Below are positions 8,642 to 19,068 of a stretch of DNA of 64,000 nucleotides, in pieces (the first letter of the stretch is position 1; each line of letters opens with the position of its first letter). The translations under genes were made by a program, and so were the position numbers. The notes under the pieces are model-generated. The model was not told the DNA's origin. It saw only the letters and a list, made by a program, of their open reading frames with translations, and searched no databases. Origin of the DNA: an uncultured Bacteroidales bacterium (GTDB lineage Bacteria > Bacteroidota > Bacteroidia > Bacteroidales > VadinHA17); contig CAWJVS010000020.1 in NCBI GenBank assembly GCA_963846335.1, positions 30,238 through 94,237 on the forward strand, read 5' to 3'.

Positions 8642-11236
8642 TCATGGCACCATAACTTTTTCCACAGCAAAAAGCTCTCCTTTTGAAACAACTATCAGAT
8701 AAAGTCCCGGAGCTACGTGGGATATGTCGAAGATAATGGTGTCTGAATCAACGATCTTTCGCATGATATGTGTTCCCTGCAGATTATAAAGGTCAACAAA
8801 ACATGAGACAAAATCCTCAAAAAAGGTGATTCTGATTTCATCTGTACTTACAATGATTGAATAGGGATTCTGACTGGTATGGTTAATGTCAATATCCATT
8901 GTTCCATATACCCCGGAACCGTCATTTGCAGTAGCCTGTGCCGTGGCAGTGCCATTTTCAATAGCAGTTACAAGTCCCGAAGAATTTATGCTGGCCCGTT
9001 CCGTTCCATGTACCATCGACCAGGTTACATCTTTATATGTTGCATTTGAGGGCAATACTGAGGCATTTAGCTGAAGTGATCCCTTATGCTCTGATATAGT
9101 GTTGATTCCATTTTCTCCTGATACGGTGATATTTGTCACGGCTATTACCTGTCCGGAAATTGTTATATCCAGTGTTCCGTATATACCTGATCCATCCACC
9201 GCTGTTGCCCTTGCGGTGACAATGCCATTTGCGAGAGCTGTCACAAGGCCTGTAGAATTGATAAAAGCTTCACCCGTTCCGTTGGTTATTGACCAGTTGA
9301 GGTTTTTATCGGAGGCATATTCAGGAAGGATTGCAGCACTCAGCTGCAATGAGCCATCCTTTGTTGTAATTATTGTGACGCCGGCGGGGCCTGTTACAGT
9401 TATACTGGATATAAGTGTTGCCTGGTTTGAAATTGTAATGTCCAGGGTTCCCCTGGCTCCTGAACCGTCATTTGCTGTCGCAACGGCCGTGACAACACCA
9501 TTGGCAATGGCGGTTACAAGACCTGCGGAACTGATGGTTGCCTGTCCGGAAGAATTGATAAGTGACCATTTTACTGTTTTGTCGGTTGCATTCAGCGGAA
9601 GTATAGACTCCATGAGTTGCAGAGTTCCTTTATCAGAAGAAATTGTTGTTCTGCCGCCTGCACCAGTCACAGCAATACTTGTCACGGGTATCATAAGACT
9701 GGCGATCGTAATTGTCATCAGTCCATAAACACCGGATCCGTCGCTGGCCGTTGCACGGGCTGTCACAATACCATTTGATGATGCAGTCACGAGTCCTGAG
9801 GAACTTATACTTGCCTGTCCTGTTCCATTTGCAATAGTCCAGATTACATTTTTATTCGTCGCATTTGCAGGTAAAACTGCTGCATTCAATTGTAATGTTC
9901 CATTCTCACTTGTGATTATCGATGCGCCTCCGGCTCCGGATACGCTGATACTGGTTACAGGAATAACCTGACCGGAGATTGTTATCAGCATTGTACCGGC
10001 TATTGCCGATCCGTCTGTGGCAGTCGCCCTGGCAGTCACGGTCCCGTTGGCTGCAGCGGTTACAAGACCGGAAGAATTAATTGTGGCCTGTCCGGTACCA
10101 TTTATTATTGACCAGGTGATAACCTTATTTGAAGCGTTTGAAGGCAATACTTCGGCGCTCAGCTGTAATGTGCCATTATCAGTGTTTATGGTACTGGCAC
10201 CTCCGGCACCCATTACATTTATATCAGACACATAAACTGTCTGCGGCGCGTAAATACGCGCACCTACCTGCCATGTGCCGTTCTGAGCAGTAGTTGAGGG
10301 AGATGACCCCGGAACCCACGTTGCAGAAGTGGATAGTCCTGTCTGCCATTCAGTTCCAAGATTCGTTCCAAAATCCAATCTTGCTGCCGGAACAAAGTCA
10401 ATTGTATTTATGAAATTCGGATTCATTATTCGTGAATGCGCATCATAGCCGCGTGCCCTCCATTGTGCCCAGGAAACGGTTGTTCCATCAATATTGAATT
10501 TGGGCTCACCAACTGTACACCAGTATATATTATAGTCACACTCAAAATTTTTCAGGCTGCCTGATTCAATTCTGATCATAGGTATCTGGGTGGTTGAATA
10601 GAATATATTATTAAATACTTTTGTACCGACTGATGGCGCCGGGACGAGCCTGTCCATGTTCTCAGTTATAAGCAGAAGGTACCATCCGCTGCCATCTCCG
10701 CTGTAAAAAGTATTATTATAGAATTTCACTCCATTAATTCCCTTAACCCTGCCGCTGAATTTTCCATTCCTGCATATATTATAAGCACAGCCTCCTGAAG
10801 TAAAGGTCATATTATAACCCAGATCTGTGCCTGACTTGAATATTATTCCATATGGCACTTTGTCGAGATAATTATATTTTACAACGGAGTTAATATTATA
10901 GCCGACAAAAAGTCCGTGAGTGATCACTGAAGGACTGTTAGTGCCATTCCATACAAATTTGTTCCCGATTATTACCTCGCCGTCCAGCTTATTGTTTGTT
11001 GATCCTGGTGATTCATCGCCTGCCTGAAGCAGATATCCGTAAGTATTTATGGAAGTGATCGAGTTATTTCTGTATGTAAATTGAGTTTGTACATCGCGTG
11101 GTATATTCACCCCGGACCAATTTCCTGATAATGTGTTATTTACTCTTGTCCCCTCAATTGTCAGAACTGTCTGGCCAAATGATAAAAATGAATTAATTAA
11201 AAGAAAAAATATTGCTGTATTCCTCTTCATCTGCAC
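8642..11236 (-). CDS. Secreted surface protein: right-handed beta-helix-like N-domain, five Big_2-type Ig repeats, T9SS C-terminal sorting domain
   Basis: 864 aa with a signal peptide. The N-terminal 330 aa are rich in N/G-x-I/F turns (NNIFYS, YNNTFYS). Five ~90-aa repeats carry GTLQL.A.VLP.NATNK.V.WS...G.A.I...GLVTA..NG.VT..A.A.DGSG. The tail LYNLQGTHI...GLYLIVVSKGE...KVMV resembles a Por/T9SS CTD. Confidence 0.8.
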   Translation of the reverse strand: MQMKRNTAIFFLLINSFLSFGQTVLTIEGTRVNNTLSGNWSGVNIPRDVQTQFTYRNNSITSINTYGYLLQAGDESPGSTNNKLDGEVIIGNKFVWNGTNSPSVITHGLFVGYNINSVVKYNYLDKVPYGIIFKSGTDLGYNMTFTSGGCAYNICRNGKFSGRVKGINGVKFYNNTFYSGDGSGWYLLLITENMDRLVPAPSVGTKVFNNIFYSTTQIPMIRIESGSLKNFECDYNIYWCTVGEPKFNIDGTTVSWAQWRARGYDAHSRIMNPNFINTIDFVPAARLDFGTNLGTEWQTGLSTSATWVPGSSPSTTAQNGTWQVGARIYAPQTVYVSDINVMGAGGASTINTDNGTLQLSAEVLPSNASNKVITWSIINGTGQATINSSGLVTAAANGTVTARATATDGSAIAGTMLITISGQVIPVTSISVSGAGGASIITSENGTLQLNAAVLPANATNKNVIWTIANGTGQASISSSGLVTASSNGIVTARATASDGSGVYGLMTITIASLMIPVTSIAVTGAGGRTTISSDKGTLQLMESILPLNATDKTVKWSLINSSGQATISSAGLVTAIANGVVTAVATANDGSGARGTLDITISNQATLISSITVTGPAGVTIITTKDGSLQLSAAILPEYASDKNLNWSITNGTGEAFINSTGLVTALANGIVTARATAVDGSGIYGTLDITISGQVIAVTNITVSGENGINTISEHKGSLQLNASVLPSNATYKDVTWSMVHGTERASINSSGLVTAIENGTATAQATANDGSGVYGTMDIDINHTSQNPYSIIVSTDEIRITFFEDFVSCFVDLYNLQGTHIMRKIVDSDTIIFDISHVAPGLYLIVVSKGELFAVEKVMVP
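8880..10240. repeat. Five tandem ~270-bp coding repeats (Big_2 units) inside 8642..11236
   Basis: Periodicity is visible in the protein and in the mirrored antisense ORFs (8886, 9099, 10017). Confidence 0.85.
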
Positions 11237-11381
11237 ATACCTGTTTGTTTAAAATACACCAATAATTTAAGCTATTTACTGAATGAGTGAGATGGACCGT
11301 AATGTTTCTTTATGCAAAAATAAAAAAATTACATATTAATCAATTTAATGTGATTACAGATTAAGATATTTTTGACAGAAT

Positions 11382-11810
11382 TCAACCTTCATCCATATTG
11401 TCAGATTTCTTTCTCAGAGTTTTTTTATAGCCATGGCTCCGTTTCTCATCAATTCGTTTTTGCACTGAAGCCTTGGTTGGAAGGGTTGATCGTCGTTTTG
11501 GTGCTGATGTCAGGGCCTTTGAGACTATTGTAAAAAATTTTTCGGTGACCAGTTTTTTATTCATCAGCTGAGTCCGTTCAGACTGTGCAGTAAGTATTAT
11601 TTCCCCTTCACCGCTGATTTTGTTCGGCAACTTCCTGCAGATCATCTTTTTCTCATCATCCGAGAGTAGCATGGTATTGTTAATGTTGAACCGCAATTCA
11701 ACCTTGGTGTTAAGCTTATTGATATTCTGTCCCCCGGGTCCGCTGCTCCTGGATGCCGAATAAACGAATTCATTTTCAAGATTCCTTTTTTTAAGCTCTT
11801 CCGGTTTCAT
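11382..11810 (-). CDS. arfB: Alternative ribosome-rescue factor ArfB (peptidyl-tRNA hydrolase, GGQ domain)
   Basis: 142 aa. SGPGGQNINK GGQ motif plus a basic C-terminal tail (KRRSTLPTKASVQKRIDEKR). Confidence 0.9.
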   Translation of the reverse strand: MKPEELKKRNLENEFVYSASRSSGPGGQNINKLNTKVELRFNINNTMLLSDDEKKMICRKLPNKISGEGEIILTAQSERTQLMNKKLVTEKFFTIVSKALTSAPKRRSTLPTKASVQKRIDEKRSHGYKKTLRKKSDNMDEG

Positions 11811-11827
11811 TCAGAGTATAATTTTAT

Positions 11828-12793
11828 TTACATGAAAAAGAGCGCCACTCCGCCGACACTTACAAGGGCACCAACCAGTTCAGGAAGAGTAACCTTTTCC
11901 TTGTATACAATAACAGCAGGCAGGATTATAAAAACAGGCACCAGCGACATAATAGTCGAAGCTATACCTGCTTCCGTGTACCTGACTGCAATCAGTGAAA
12001 ATGATACTCCAAGAAATGGGCCAAAAAATGCACCAAGTGTAGTCAGAGCCATTCCCTCTTTATTATGGATCGCCCTGGATACATTTCCCCACCGGAAAAG
12101 AATGGTTACCAGGGCAGCATATCCGATAATACCGGCAATTATCCTTATTTGGGTTGCAGCAAAAGCATCATAATCTTTTAATCCAAATTTGCTTAAAACC
12201 AGACCAAGTGCCTGACCAACAGCTCCGCCAATTGCATACAAAATACCTTTTGGGGCCAGCTTCAGGGAAAATTTTTCACCCTTGCCCTTCCTGCCGAATA
12301 TTGCCATGGAGATTCCTGCAAAGGTCAGGGTCATTCCCAGACCATGAAACAGTGTAAGCCGCTCGCCTATGATAACAAAACTGAAAAATGCGGTCATGGG
12401 AGGTACAAGGGTCATTATAAGCATCGAGAACCTTGATCCGATAATCGTATATGATTTAAAAAGAAAAAGATCTCCGAAAACAAATCCGACCAGTCCGGAG
12501 AGGGTGAGCCAAATCCAGTTGTCGACAGAGGCATCTGTGGGCAGAATCAATCCTCTTCTTATAAATGTATATACACTGAGGAATATGAGACCAATAACCA
12601 GCCTTAGTATATTTACTGCGATAGAACCTATTTTATGGCTGGCAGACTCAAATGACAATGAAGTGACAGTCCAGAAAATGGCTGTCAGCAATGCAGCGAA
12701 TTCGCCGGTATGATTGTTTATAATATTCAATGTCAGGCTACTGGAATTATTCTTCCGGATATTCGAATGAGTAACTGCCAGACCCGGTTTCAA
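11828..12793 (-). CDS. EamA/DMT family transporter
   Basis: 321 aa with 10 hydrophobic segments in two EamA-like halves. The ATG at 12793 overlaps the GH78 3' end by 47 nt. An in-frame TTG at 12730 is an alternative start. Confidence 0.75.
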   Translation of the reverse strand: MKPGLAVTHSNIRKNNSSSLTLNIINNHTGEFAALLTAIFWTVTSLSFESASHKIGSIAVNILRLVIGLIFLSVYTFIRRGLILPTDASVDNWIWLTLSGLVGFVFGDLFLFKSYTIIGSRFSMLIMTLVPPMTAFFSFVIIGERLTLFHGLGMTLTFAGISMAIFGRKGKGEKFSLKLAPKGILYAIGGAVGQALGLVLSKFGLKDYDAFAATQIRIIAGIIGYAALVTILFRWGNVSRAIHNKEGMALTTLGAFFGPFLGVSFSLIAVRYTEAGIASTIMSLVPVFIILPAVIVYKEKVTLPELVGALVSVGGVALFFM

Positions 12794-14423
12794 TCAGTAT
12801 TTTACCATTCTCTGCCTTTACCGAAGAGAAAGTTTTAATGTCAGCCAGGCTTTTTCCCTCTGAAATAACTTTGGCAGTCGATTCAACCGGCAGCAAAATC
12901 GTTGCAGTTGAATTGGCCGGTATCTTTACATTGACAATAATCTTATTCTCTTTTCTCTCCCAGCCAGATGCGACAGTTCCGAAGGGACTTTCAAAAGTGG
13001 CTTTTGAATATGAAAGCTTTTCTGTAGGATGTGGCTGAATGACAAGATGTTTATATCCCGGATCCCTGGTTTCAAGACCTGCTGAAACCCTGTACATCCA
13101 GTCACCAATGGCTCCATATGCATAGTGATTGAAGGAATTCATCCCGGGGTCCTGAAATGTGCTGTCGGTTTTCTGTCCGTCCCATCTTTCCCAGATGGTT
13201 GTTGCTCCCATCTTTACGGGATAGAGCCATGATGGATATGTCTCCTGCAGAAGGAGATCATATGCAACATCCGTATAGCCGTATGCTGACAGGACATGAC
13301 AAAGGTAGGGCGTTCCAAGAAAGCCGGTCGAAAGATGAATATCCCTGCTTTTGATATCTTCCACCAGAAAACCGGCAGATTTTTCACGCAGGTGCTCAGG
13401 CAGCAGGTCAAACATAAGTGCCAGCACATATGATGTCTGTGAATTGGTTCCTACTCTTCCTGCACTGGTAACATATTCATTGGTAAATACTTCCTTTATC
13501 TTTTTATAAACAGCATCGTAGTGCCATTCGTCCTCAGTATTTCCGAGCTCCCTGGCTGCAGCAACCAGTATGCTTGTTGAGTAGGCATAAAAGGCTGTGG
13601 CAATGAAGTCATGTTCAGTAAAGCCATCAGGTTCGGGATGGTTATTTACAGGAGGATGGTAAAAAAGCCAGTCGCCATATTTACTCCCGCCATTCCATAT
13701 ATAATCGTAACCTGCCTCCTTCTTAATATAGTCGACCCAGGCTTTCATGCTGGAATACTGAGTCCTGAGAATTCTCTTGTCACCATATACAAGATACATT
13801 GTCCATGGAGCAATAACTGCAACATCTCCCCAGCCTGCTGATGGTTTTATTGTTTCACTTCCCTGCGGATTGAGGACATCGGGGATAACATCAGGGACTT
13901 CTCCGCCTGCTCTCTGGTCAGCCTGTACATCCTTCAACCATTTTGTAAAGAAAGCAGATACATCAAGATTGAAAGCAGCTGTCCTGCAAAATGCCTGTGC
14001 ATCACCTGTCCAGCCAAGACGTTCATCGCGCTGCGGACAGTCGGTTGGTACATCAACAAAATTACCTTTCTGACCCCATTGGATATTATGCTGCAGCTGG
14101 TTAAGGAGCGGGTTTGAACACTCGAAGCTTCCGGTTACCTGCATGTCGGAATGTACTACTATTCCTGTCAGATTATCTGTCGTGAGTTCACCTGGGAAAC
14201 CGGTGACTTCGACGTACCTGAATCCCATGAAGGTAAACCTCGGTTCATATGTCTCTTCTCCGGTGCCGGCAAGTTTGTAATCAAGTTCACATTTTGCAGA
14301 GCGAAGATTCGTTGTGTAAAACTCTCCAAACTTATCCATCACCTCGGCATGCCTTAATGTTACAACTGTCCCTTTCGTTCCTGAAACCTTAAGCCTCAGC
14401 CAACCCACCATATTCTGCCCCAT
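12747..14423 (-). CDS. Alpha-L-rhamnosidase (GH78), C-terminal catalytic fragment (frame-disrupted gene)
   Basis: DVPTDCPQRDERLGWTGDAQ and the (alpha/alpha)6 region, with TIWERW, are typical of GH78. The frame stays open upstream of the Met to about 14545 (NAIIGNYSNSNLIASEGAPVRKIQEIKPVKIF...). Confidence 0.85.
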   Translation of the reverse strand: MGQNMVGWLRLKVSGTKGTVVTLRHAEVMDKFGEFYTTNLRSAKCELDYKLAGTGEETYEPRFTFMGFRYVEVTGFPGELTTDNLTGIVVHSDMQVTGSFECSNPLLNQLQHNIQWGQKGNFVDVPTDCPQRDERLGWTGDAQAFCRTAAFNLDVSAFFTKWLKDVQADQRAGGEVPDVIPDVLNPQGSETIKPSAGWGDVAVIAPWTMYLVYGDKRILRTQYSSMKAWVDYIKKEAGYDYIWNGGSKYGDWLFYHPPVNNHPEPDGFTEHDFIATAFYAYSTSILVAAARELGNTEDEWHYDAVYKKIKEVFTNEYVTSAGRVGTNSQTSYVLALMFDLLPEHLREKSAGFLVEDIKSRDIHLSTGFLGTPYLCHVLSAYGYTDVAYDLLLQETYPSWLYPVKMGATTIWERWDGQKTDSTFQDPGMNSFNHYAYGAIGDWMYRVSAGLETRDPGYKHLVIQPHPTEKLSYSKATFESPFGTVASGWERKENKIIVNVKIPANSTATILLPVESTAKVISEGKSLADIKTFSSVKAENGKILIETGSGSYSFEYPEE

Positions 14424-14547
14424 ATCGACAATCAGATTACCTTTTGGTGTCCTGAATATTTTAACTGGCTTTATCTCCTGTATTTTTCTGACAGGAGCAC
14501 CTTCGGAAGCTATGAGGTTACTGTTACTGTAATTCCCAATAATTGCA

Positions 14548-15507
14548 TTATATCCAGCTCTTATCGTTGTAGCCGCTCAAATCCCATCCCTGCAGTTGTC
14601 TGGTGGCATCATAGATTTCACCATTATAAATATCATTCATCCTGATAGCTCCGTCATTTGTAGTTTTCCAGCTATCATCGCTGGCTATCAGCATTTCGGA
14701 ACCATCAGTGAATACAATATTCATCTGCATAAAAAGTCCGAGACTCTTACCGTAATTAGCCCACCCTCTTGGCAGTGTTCCTCTGTACCAGCCATCTCCC
14801 AGAATAGCGCCGATTGCATTTCCCCCGGCCTGAAGCATGTCTGTAACATCGTAAACCTGATACTGAAGTCTTTTTGCATAGGCTGTCCATCCCGGAGTAA
14901 GTACCTGGTCACCCACTTTTTTCCCATTCAGATGCAATTCGTAAAAACCATGTGCTGTTACGTAGACTCTTGCCCTGGCGATCTTTTTTTCAAGCCTGAA
15001 TTCCTTCCTGAAATAAGGAGAGGGGGAGTAACGCTGAGTATCTCCTGCCATCTCAATCCATTTTGCCTTCCAGTCGGACTGTGAAAGGAGTCCCATTTCC
15101 CAGAAAGAAGCTTCACTCCATTTTGATACTTTTCCTTTATTATCCCAGATCTTTACCTGCCAGAAATACCTCCGGCCTGATTGCAGGGCAGGCCCTTTGT
15201 ATTCCTGCAATACTGATTCACCTGATTCCACTTTTCCTGACTGCCAAATAATATCTGAGGCGGAGAATTTCAGGCTGGTGCCAACCCTTATAGAGTACGC
15301 ACTCTGCATAATATTGACACCTGTTCCGGAAATTTTCCATGAAAACCTCGGCTGAGAGATATCAATGCCAACAGGATTCTTTTTATGTTCCAGGGTCAGA
15401 TCTTTCACGGACAGATCCTGTGCCGACAGGATTCCGGAGAAACAAAGCAAAGCAATTATTAGTCTGAGCGATTTCATAGTTTGAATGGTTTTAGAAATAA
15501 TTGTCAA
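14548..15507 (-). CDS. Alpha-L-rhamnosidase (GH78), N-terminal fragment with signal peptide
   Basis: PRFSWK, RRYFWQVKIWD and ARVYVTAHGFYELHLNGKKVGD match the GH78 N-terminal domains. It ends ...YNDKSWI* and the +1 frame continues into 12747..14423, implying a 1-nt indel near 14545-14560. Confidence 0.85.
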   Translation of the reverse strand: MTIISKTIQTMKSLRLIIALLCFSGILSAQDLSVKDLTLEHKKNPVGIDISQPRFSWKISGTGVNIMQSAYSIRVGTSLKFSASDIIWQSGKVESGESVLQEYKGPALQSGRRYFWQVKIWDNKGKVSKWSEASFWEMGLLSQSDWKAKWIEMAGDTQRYSPSPYFRKEFRLEKKIARARVYVTAHGFYELHLNGKKVGDQVLTPGWTAYAKRLQYQVYDVTDMLQAGGNAIGAILGDGWYRGTLPRGWANYGKSLGLFMQMNIVFTDGSEMLIASDDSWKTTNDGAIRMNDIYNGEIYDATRQLQGWDLSGYNDKSWI

Positions 15508-15597
15508 GGTTAGAAAAAATGTCTGAATAAAAAAACTCTAAAAATTGAATTTCATTCCTGAAAGTTCTTAAATTGCGATTCAGTCAAATTTCAAGAA

Positions 15598-16626
15598 ATG
15601 AATCCACTTGCAGGTATCTTATTAATAGCGCTCGGAAGTATCGGAGCTGCCAGCTTTTATGTTCCGTTTAAGAAAGTCAGATCATGGGCATGGGAATCCT
15701 ACTGGTTAAGCCAGGGAGTTGCAGCATGGCTCATAGCACCGATATTGTTCGCTTTCATATTTGTTCCCCGGGGTGAACTCCTCCCGATAATAAATGAAGC
15801 ACCACTGAACGCAAAACTAATGGCAATGTTTTTCGGAGTATTGTGGGGTTTCGGTGGATTGACATTCGGATTAAGCATACGATATCTTGGAGTTGCCCTT
15901 GGCCAGAGTATAGCTCTGGGACTATGTGCTGCATTCGGGACTCTTATACCTCCGGTTATTGCAGGAGAGAATCTGTTTGCAACTACATCCGGCATTCTGA
16001 CTGTTGTGGGAGTGTCAATAGCTGTGGCAGGCATTGCCGTTATAGGTTATGCCGGCGCTCTGAAAAGCGGTGAGATGAGTGAAGAGGAAAAGAAAGCGGC
16101 TGTAAAGGAGTTTGCCCTTAAGAAAGGAATTCTCATTGCAATATTTGCAGGAGTGATGAGCGCCTGTTTTAACTTCGGTTTTGAGTCTGCCAAACCTATT
16201 GAGGCCATTGCACTCGCTCATGGTACCAATCCGCTGTTTCAAAAGAATCCGTCACTGATCTTCATTCTGCTGGGAGGATTTATCACTAACCTGGTCTATT
16301 GCGGGTACCTCAATTTCAGGAACAAAACATATAAGGATTATTTTACAGTTTCAGGATCCGTTTTGCTGAATAATCTGTTTTTTACCTTTCTGGCGGGATT
16401 TCTATGGTTCCTTCAGTTTCATTTTTTCGGGATGGGCTCGAGTAAATTGCCTGAGAGCATGTCAGTCTTTGGCTGGAGTATCCTTATGGCACTCAATATC
16501 GCAATCAGCAATATCTGGGGAATATTTCTAAATGAATGGAAAGGGGTGAGGCAAAAAACGATTATCGTTCTGATCCTGGGGATTTTAATACTTATTCTTT
16601 CAACATTTGTGGTTAAATTAGGCTAA
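15598..16626 (+). CDS. rhaT: L-rhamnose-proton symporter
   Basis: 342 aa with 10 TM segments. The N-terminus GILLIALGSIGAASFYVPFKKVRSWAWESYWL is typical of RhaT. Sits in rhamnose-locus context. Confidence 0.85.
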   Translation: MNPLAGILLIALGSIGAASFYVPFKKVRSWAWESYWLSQGVAAWLIAPILFAFIFVPRGELLPIINEAPLNAKLMAMFFGVLWGFGGLTFGLSIRYLGVALGQSIALGLCAAFGTLIPPVIAGENLFATTSGILTVVGVSIAVAGIAVIGYAGALKSGEMSEEEKKAAVKEFALKKGILIAIFAGVMSACFNFGFESAKPIEAIALAHGTNPLFQKNPSLIFILLGGFITNLVYCGYLNFRNKTYKDYFTVSGSVLLNNLFFTFLAGFLWFLQFHFFGMGSSKLPESMSVFGWSILMALNIAISNIWGIFLNEWKGVRQKTIIVLILGILILILSTFVVKLG

Positions 16627-16631
16627 ATATT

Positions 16632-16952
16632 ATGGAAACAAAAAAGTTTGCTTTTAAAATGAAACTATTGCCCGGTTGCAGGGAGGAATACAGGAAACGT
16701 CATAGTGAGATATGGCCAGAACTGGTAAAACTCCTTAAAGATGAAGGTATTGGCAATTACTCTATTTTCCTGGATGAAGAGACTAATATTTTATTTGCGT
16801 ATCAGGAACAGTCAGGTTCAGGATCATCACAGGACCTGGGACAAACAGAAATAGTAAAAAAATGGTGGAAATATATGGCCGACATTATGGAAACCAATCC
16901 CGACAATTCACCGGTCTCCACTCCGCTCGATCAGGTATTTTATATGAAATAG
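16632..16952 (+). CDS. rhaM: L-rhamnose mutarotase
   Basis: 106 aa. Y.KRH.EIWPEL...L...GI.NYSIF matches the RhaM/YiiL family. Confidence 0.85.
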   Translation: METKKFAFKMKLLPGCREEYRKRHSEIWPELVKLLKDEGIGNYSIFLDEETNILFAYQEQSGSGSSQDLGQTEIVKKWWKYMADIMETNPDNSPVSTPLDQVFYMK

Positions 16953-17070
16953 GGCCGGGGGTCAGGAATTCTCCTGTGGGCTTATTTTTTGATGAAAGCA
17001 GGTTATACCGGAGAAAAATATCAATAAGTAAAAAGCTGAATTTTAGAATAACTATAAAACAATATTTCGT

Positions 17071-18294
17071 ATGAAAAAAGAGCTTGTTAAAGAGTCATAT
17101 AAACTTGCCAGGGAACAGTATGCTGCACTGGGAGTTGATACCGACAAGGTAATTGCCGGTATGGAGAATGTCAATATCAGTCTGCACTGCTGGCAGACTG
17201 ATGATGTTGGTGGTTTTGAAAAACCGGGAGCGGAACTTGGAGGAGGAGGTATCCAGGTTACCGGTAATTTCCCGGGGAAAGCAAAGACAATTGAACAGAT
17301 GCGGGCTGATCTGGATAAAGTCATGTCACTTCTGCCAGGAAAGCAAAGACTGAATCTTCACGCCATATATGGCGAGTTCGATGGTAAACTTGTTGACCGC
17401 GACCAGATTGAAGTTAAACATTTCAAAGGCTGGATTAACTGGGCAAAAGAGAGAGGCATTGGTCTGGACTTTAATTGCACCTGCTTTTCACACCCTTATG
17501 CTGATGATGGTTTTACCCTTTCAAGTAAAAATGAAAAAATCAGGAAGTTCTGGGTTGAACACACAAAACGGTGCAGGGCTATCGGAGCCGAAATGGGTAA
17601 ACAGCTCGGGTCTCCAACCGTACATAATATATGGATACCAGATGGTTCTAAAGATACTCCGGTTGACAGAAACGAGCTCAGGAAGCAACTTAAAAAGTCT
17701 CTTGATGAGATCTTTGCAGTGAAATATCCGAAGAAATATCTGAAAGACTCTGTTGAAAGCAAGCTTTTTGGAATTGGTTCAGAATCGATGGTTGTGGGAT
17801 CGCATGATTTTTACCTGGGGTATGCCCTGCAAAACAATATAATGATCACACTGGACAATGGACATTTCCATCCGACAGAACAGGTTGGGGATAAGATATC
17901 TTCAATTCTTCACTATGTTGATGAAATACTGCTTCATCTGACCCGTGGAGTCCGCTGGGACAGTGATCATGTACTCACATTTAATGAGGACCTGCTCCTT
18001 ATAGCCCAGGAAATAGTCAGATGCAAAGCCCTTGGAAGAGTAAGTGTGGGTCTTGATTTTTTCGATGCGAGCCTGAACCGGATTGGTGCATATGTAATTG
18101 GCACACGGTCCGCCCAGATGGCTTTTATGTATGCATTGCTTGAACCTCATAAAACTCTTGTAAAATATGAAGAACAGGGTAAAAACTTTGAAAGGCTTGC
18201 ATTGCTTGAAATTCTGAAATCCAAACCATTCGGAGCTGTCTGGGATTATTATTGCATGATCAGACAAAGTACCGGTGGCAGAGGATTATATTGA
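17071..18294 (+). CDS. rhaA: L-rhamnose isomerase (3' end frame-disrupted)
   Basis: ISLHCWQ.DDV.GFE and LDNGHFHPTE are typical of RhaA. The last ~12 aa (MIRQSTGGRGLY*) look out of frame. The expected tail SDKVPVAEDYIEEILKYEKEVLLKRR is in the next frame from about 18262. Confidence 0.85.
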   Translation: MKKELVKESYKLAREQYAALGVDTDKVIAGMENVNISLHCWQTDDVGGFEKPGAELGGGGIQVTGNFPGKAKTIEQMRADLDKVMSLLPGKQRLNLHAIYGEFDGKLVDRDQIEVKHFKGWINWAKERGIGLDFNCTCFSHPYADDGFTLSSKNEKIRKFWVEHTKRCRAIGAEMGKQLGSPTVHNIWIPDGSKDTPVDRNELRKQLKKSLDEIFAVKYPKKYLKDSVESKLFGIGSESMVVGSHDFYLGYALQNNIMITLDNGHFHPTEQVGDKISSILHYVDEILLHLTRGVRWDSDHVLTFNEDLLLIAQEIVRCKALGRVSVGLDFFDASLNRIGAYVIGTRSAQMAFMYALLEPHKTLVKYEEQGKNFERLALLEILKSKPFGAVWDYYCMIRQSTGGRGLY

Positions 18295-18429
18295 GGAGAT
18301 CCTGAAATATGAAAAAGAGGTTCTGCTGAAGAGGAGATCTTATTTGAGAGGGAAAAGTGTTATTAATAAGTTATATTATGAAAGAGACGAGTTATTGCTA
18401 TTTTTGATATCGGAAAAACCAATAAGAAA

Positions 18430-19068
18430 ATGCTCCTGTTCAATACAGATCTTAAAGTTGTTTCTGAATCAGAACAGAGATTTTCTGAAATCAAGGATGA
18501 TGATGGATTCGAATGCGATGATATTGATCTGATTGAAAAATGGATTAAGGAATCAGTTTCAAAACTGGTAAATTCTGACAAGTATGATCTGAAGGCTGTA
18601 AATTTCACAACATACGGAGCCACAATTGTATACCTTGATGCAGAAGGCAGGAGTCTTACCCCGGTTTATAATTATCTGAAACCGATGGAGGAGAGGATTT
18701 CAGAAAACCTTTACAAGAAATATGGAGGCAGGGATGAATTCTGCAGAAGGACTGCTTCACCTGCACTTGGAATGCTTAATTCAGGACTTCAACCATTCTG
18801 GCTGAAAGCTGAGAAACCGGAGATATTTAATAAAATCAGGCATATACTGCACTTTCCTCAGTACCTGTCATATACCCTGACTGGCAAGATATACTCAGAA
18901 CATACATCAATCGGTTGCCATACGGCTTTATGGGATTTTGACAACATGAATTATCATCCATGGATCAATGCGTACGGATTGGAATTGCCGGAACCGGTTC
19001 CTGTGGAGACTGTCAATGAAGTTGGAGATAGAAGGAAAGAAAATCCGGGTTGGAATAGGAATCCATGA
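18430..19068 (+). CDS. FGGY-family sugar kinase (probable rhamnulokinase), N-terminal fragment
   Basis: IFDIGKTNKK precedes the called Met in frame. An ATG at 18378 (MKETSYC) is one frame off, implying an indel at codon 3. The rhamnulokinase role is inferred from position after rhaA. Confidence 0.65.
   Translation: MLLFNTDLKVVSESEQRFSEIKDDDGFECDDIDLIEKWIKESVSKLVNSDKYDLKAVNFTTYGATIVYLDAEGRSLTPVYNYLKPMEERISENLYKKYGGRDEFCRRTASPALGMLNSGLQPFWLKAEKPEIFNKIRHILHFPQYLSYTLTGKIYSEHTSIGCHTALWDFDNMNYHPWINAYGLELPEPVPVETVNEVGDRRKENPGWNRNP

Noticed and set aside
9099-9728. A long plus-strand ORF (209 aa) and its neighbours (8886..9074, 10017..10235) lie opposite the Big_2 surface-protein gene.
   Set aside because: They are mirror images of the tandem coding repeats, with low-complexity A/V/P/T-rich translations, no start context and no motifs. 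The minus-strand frame carries clear domain signatures.
16953-17000. Terminator-like CAGGA-ATTC-TCCTG hairpin plus T-run between rhaM and rhaA.
   Set aside because: The stem is only 5 bp and lies inside an apparent operon. That is too weak to report as a feature.
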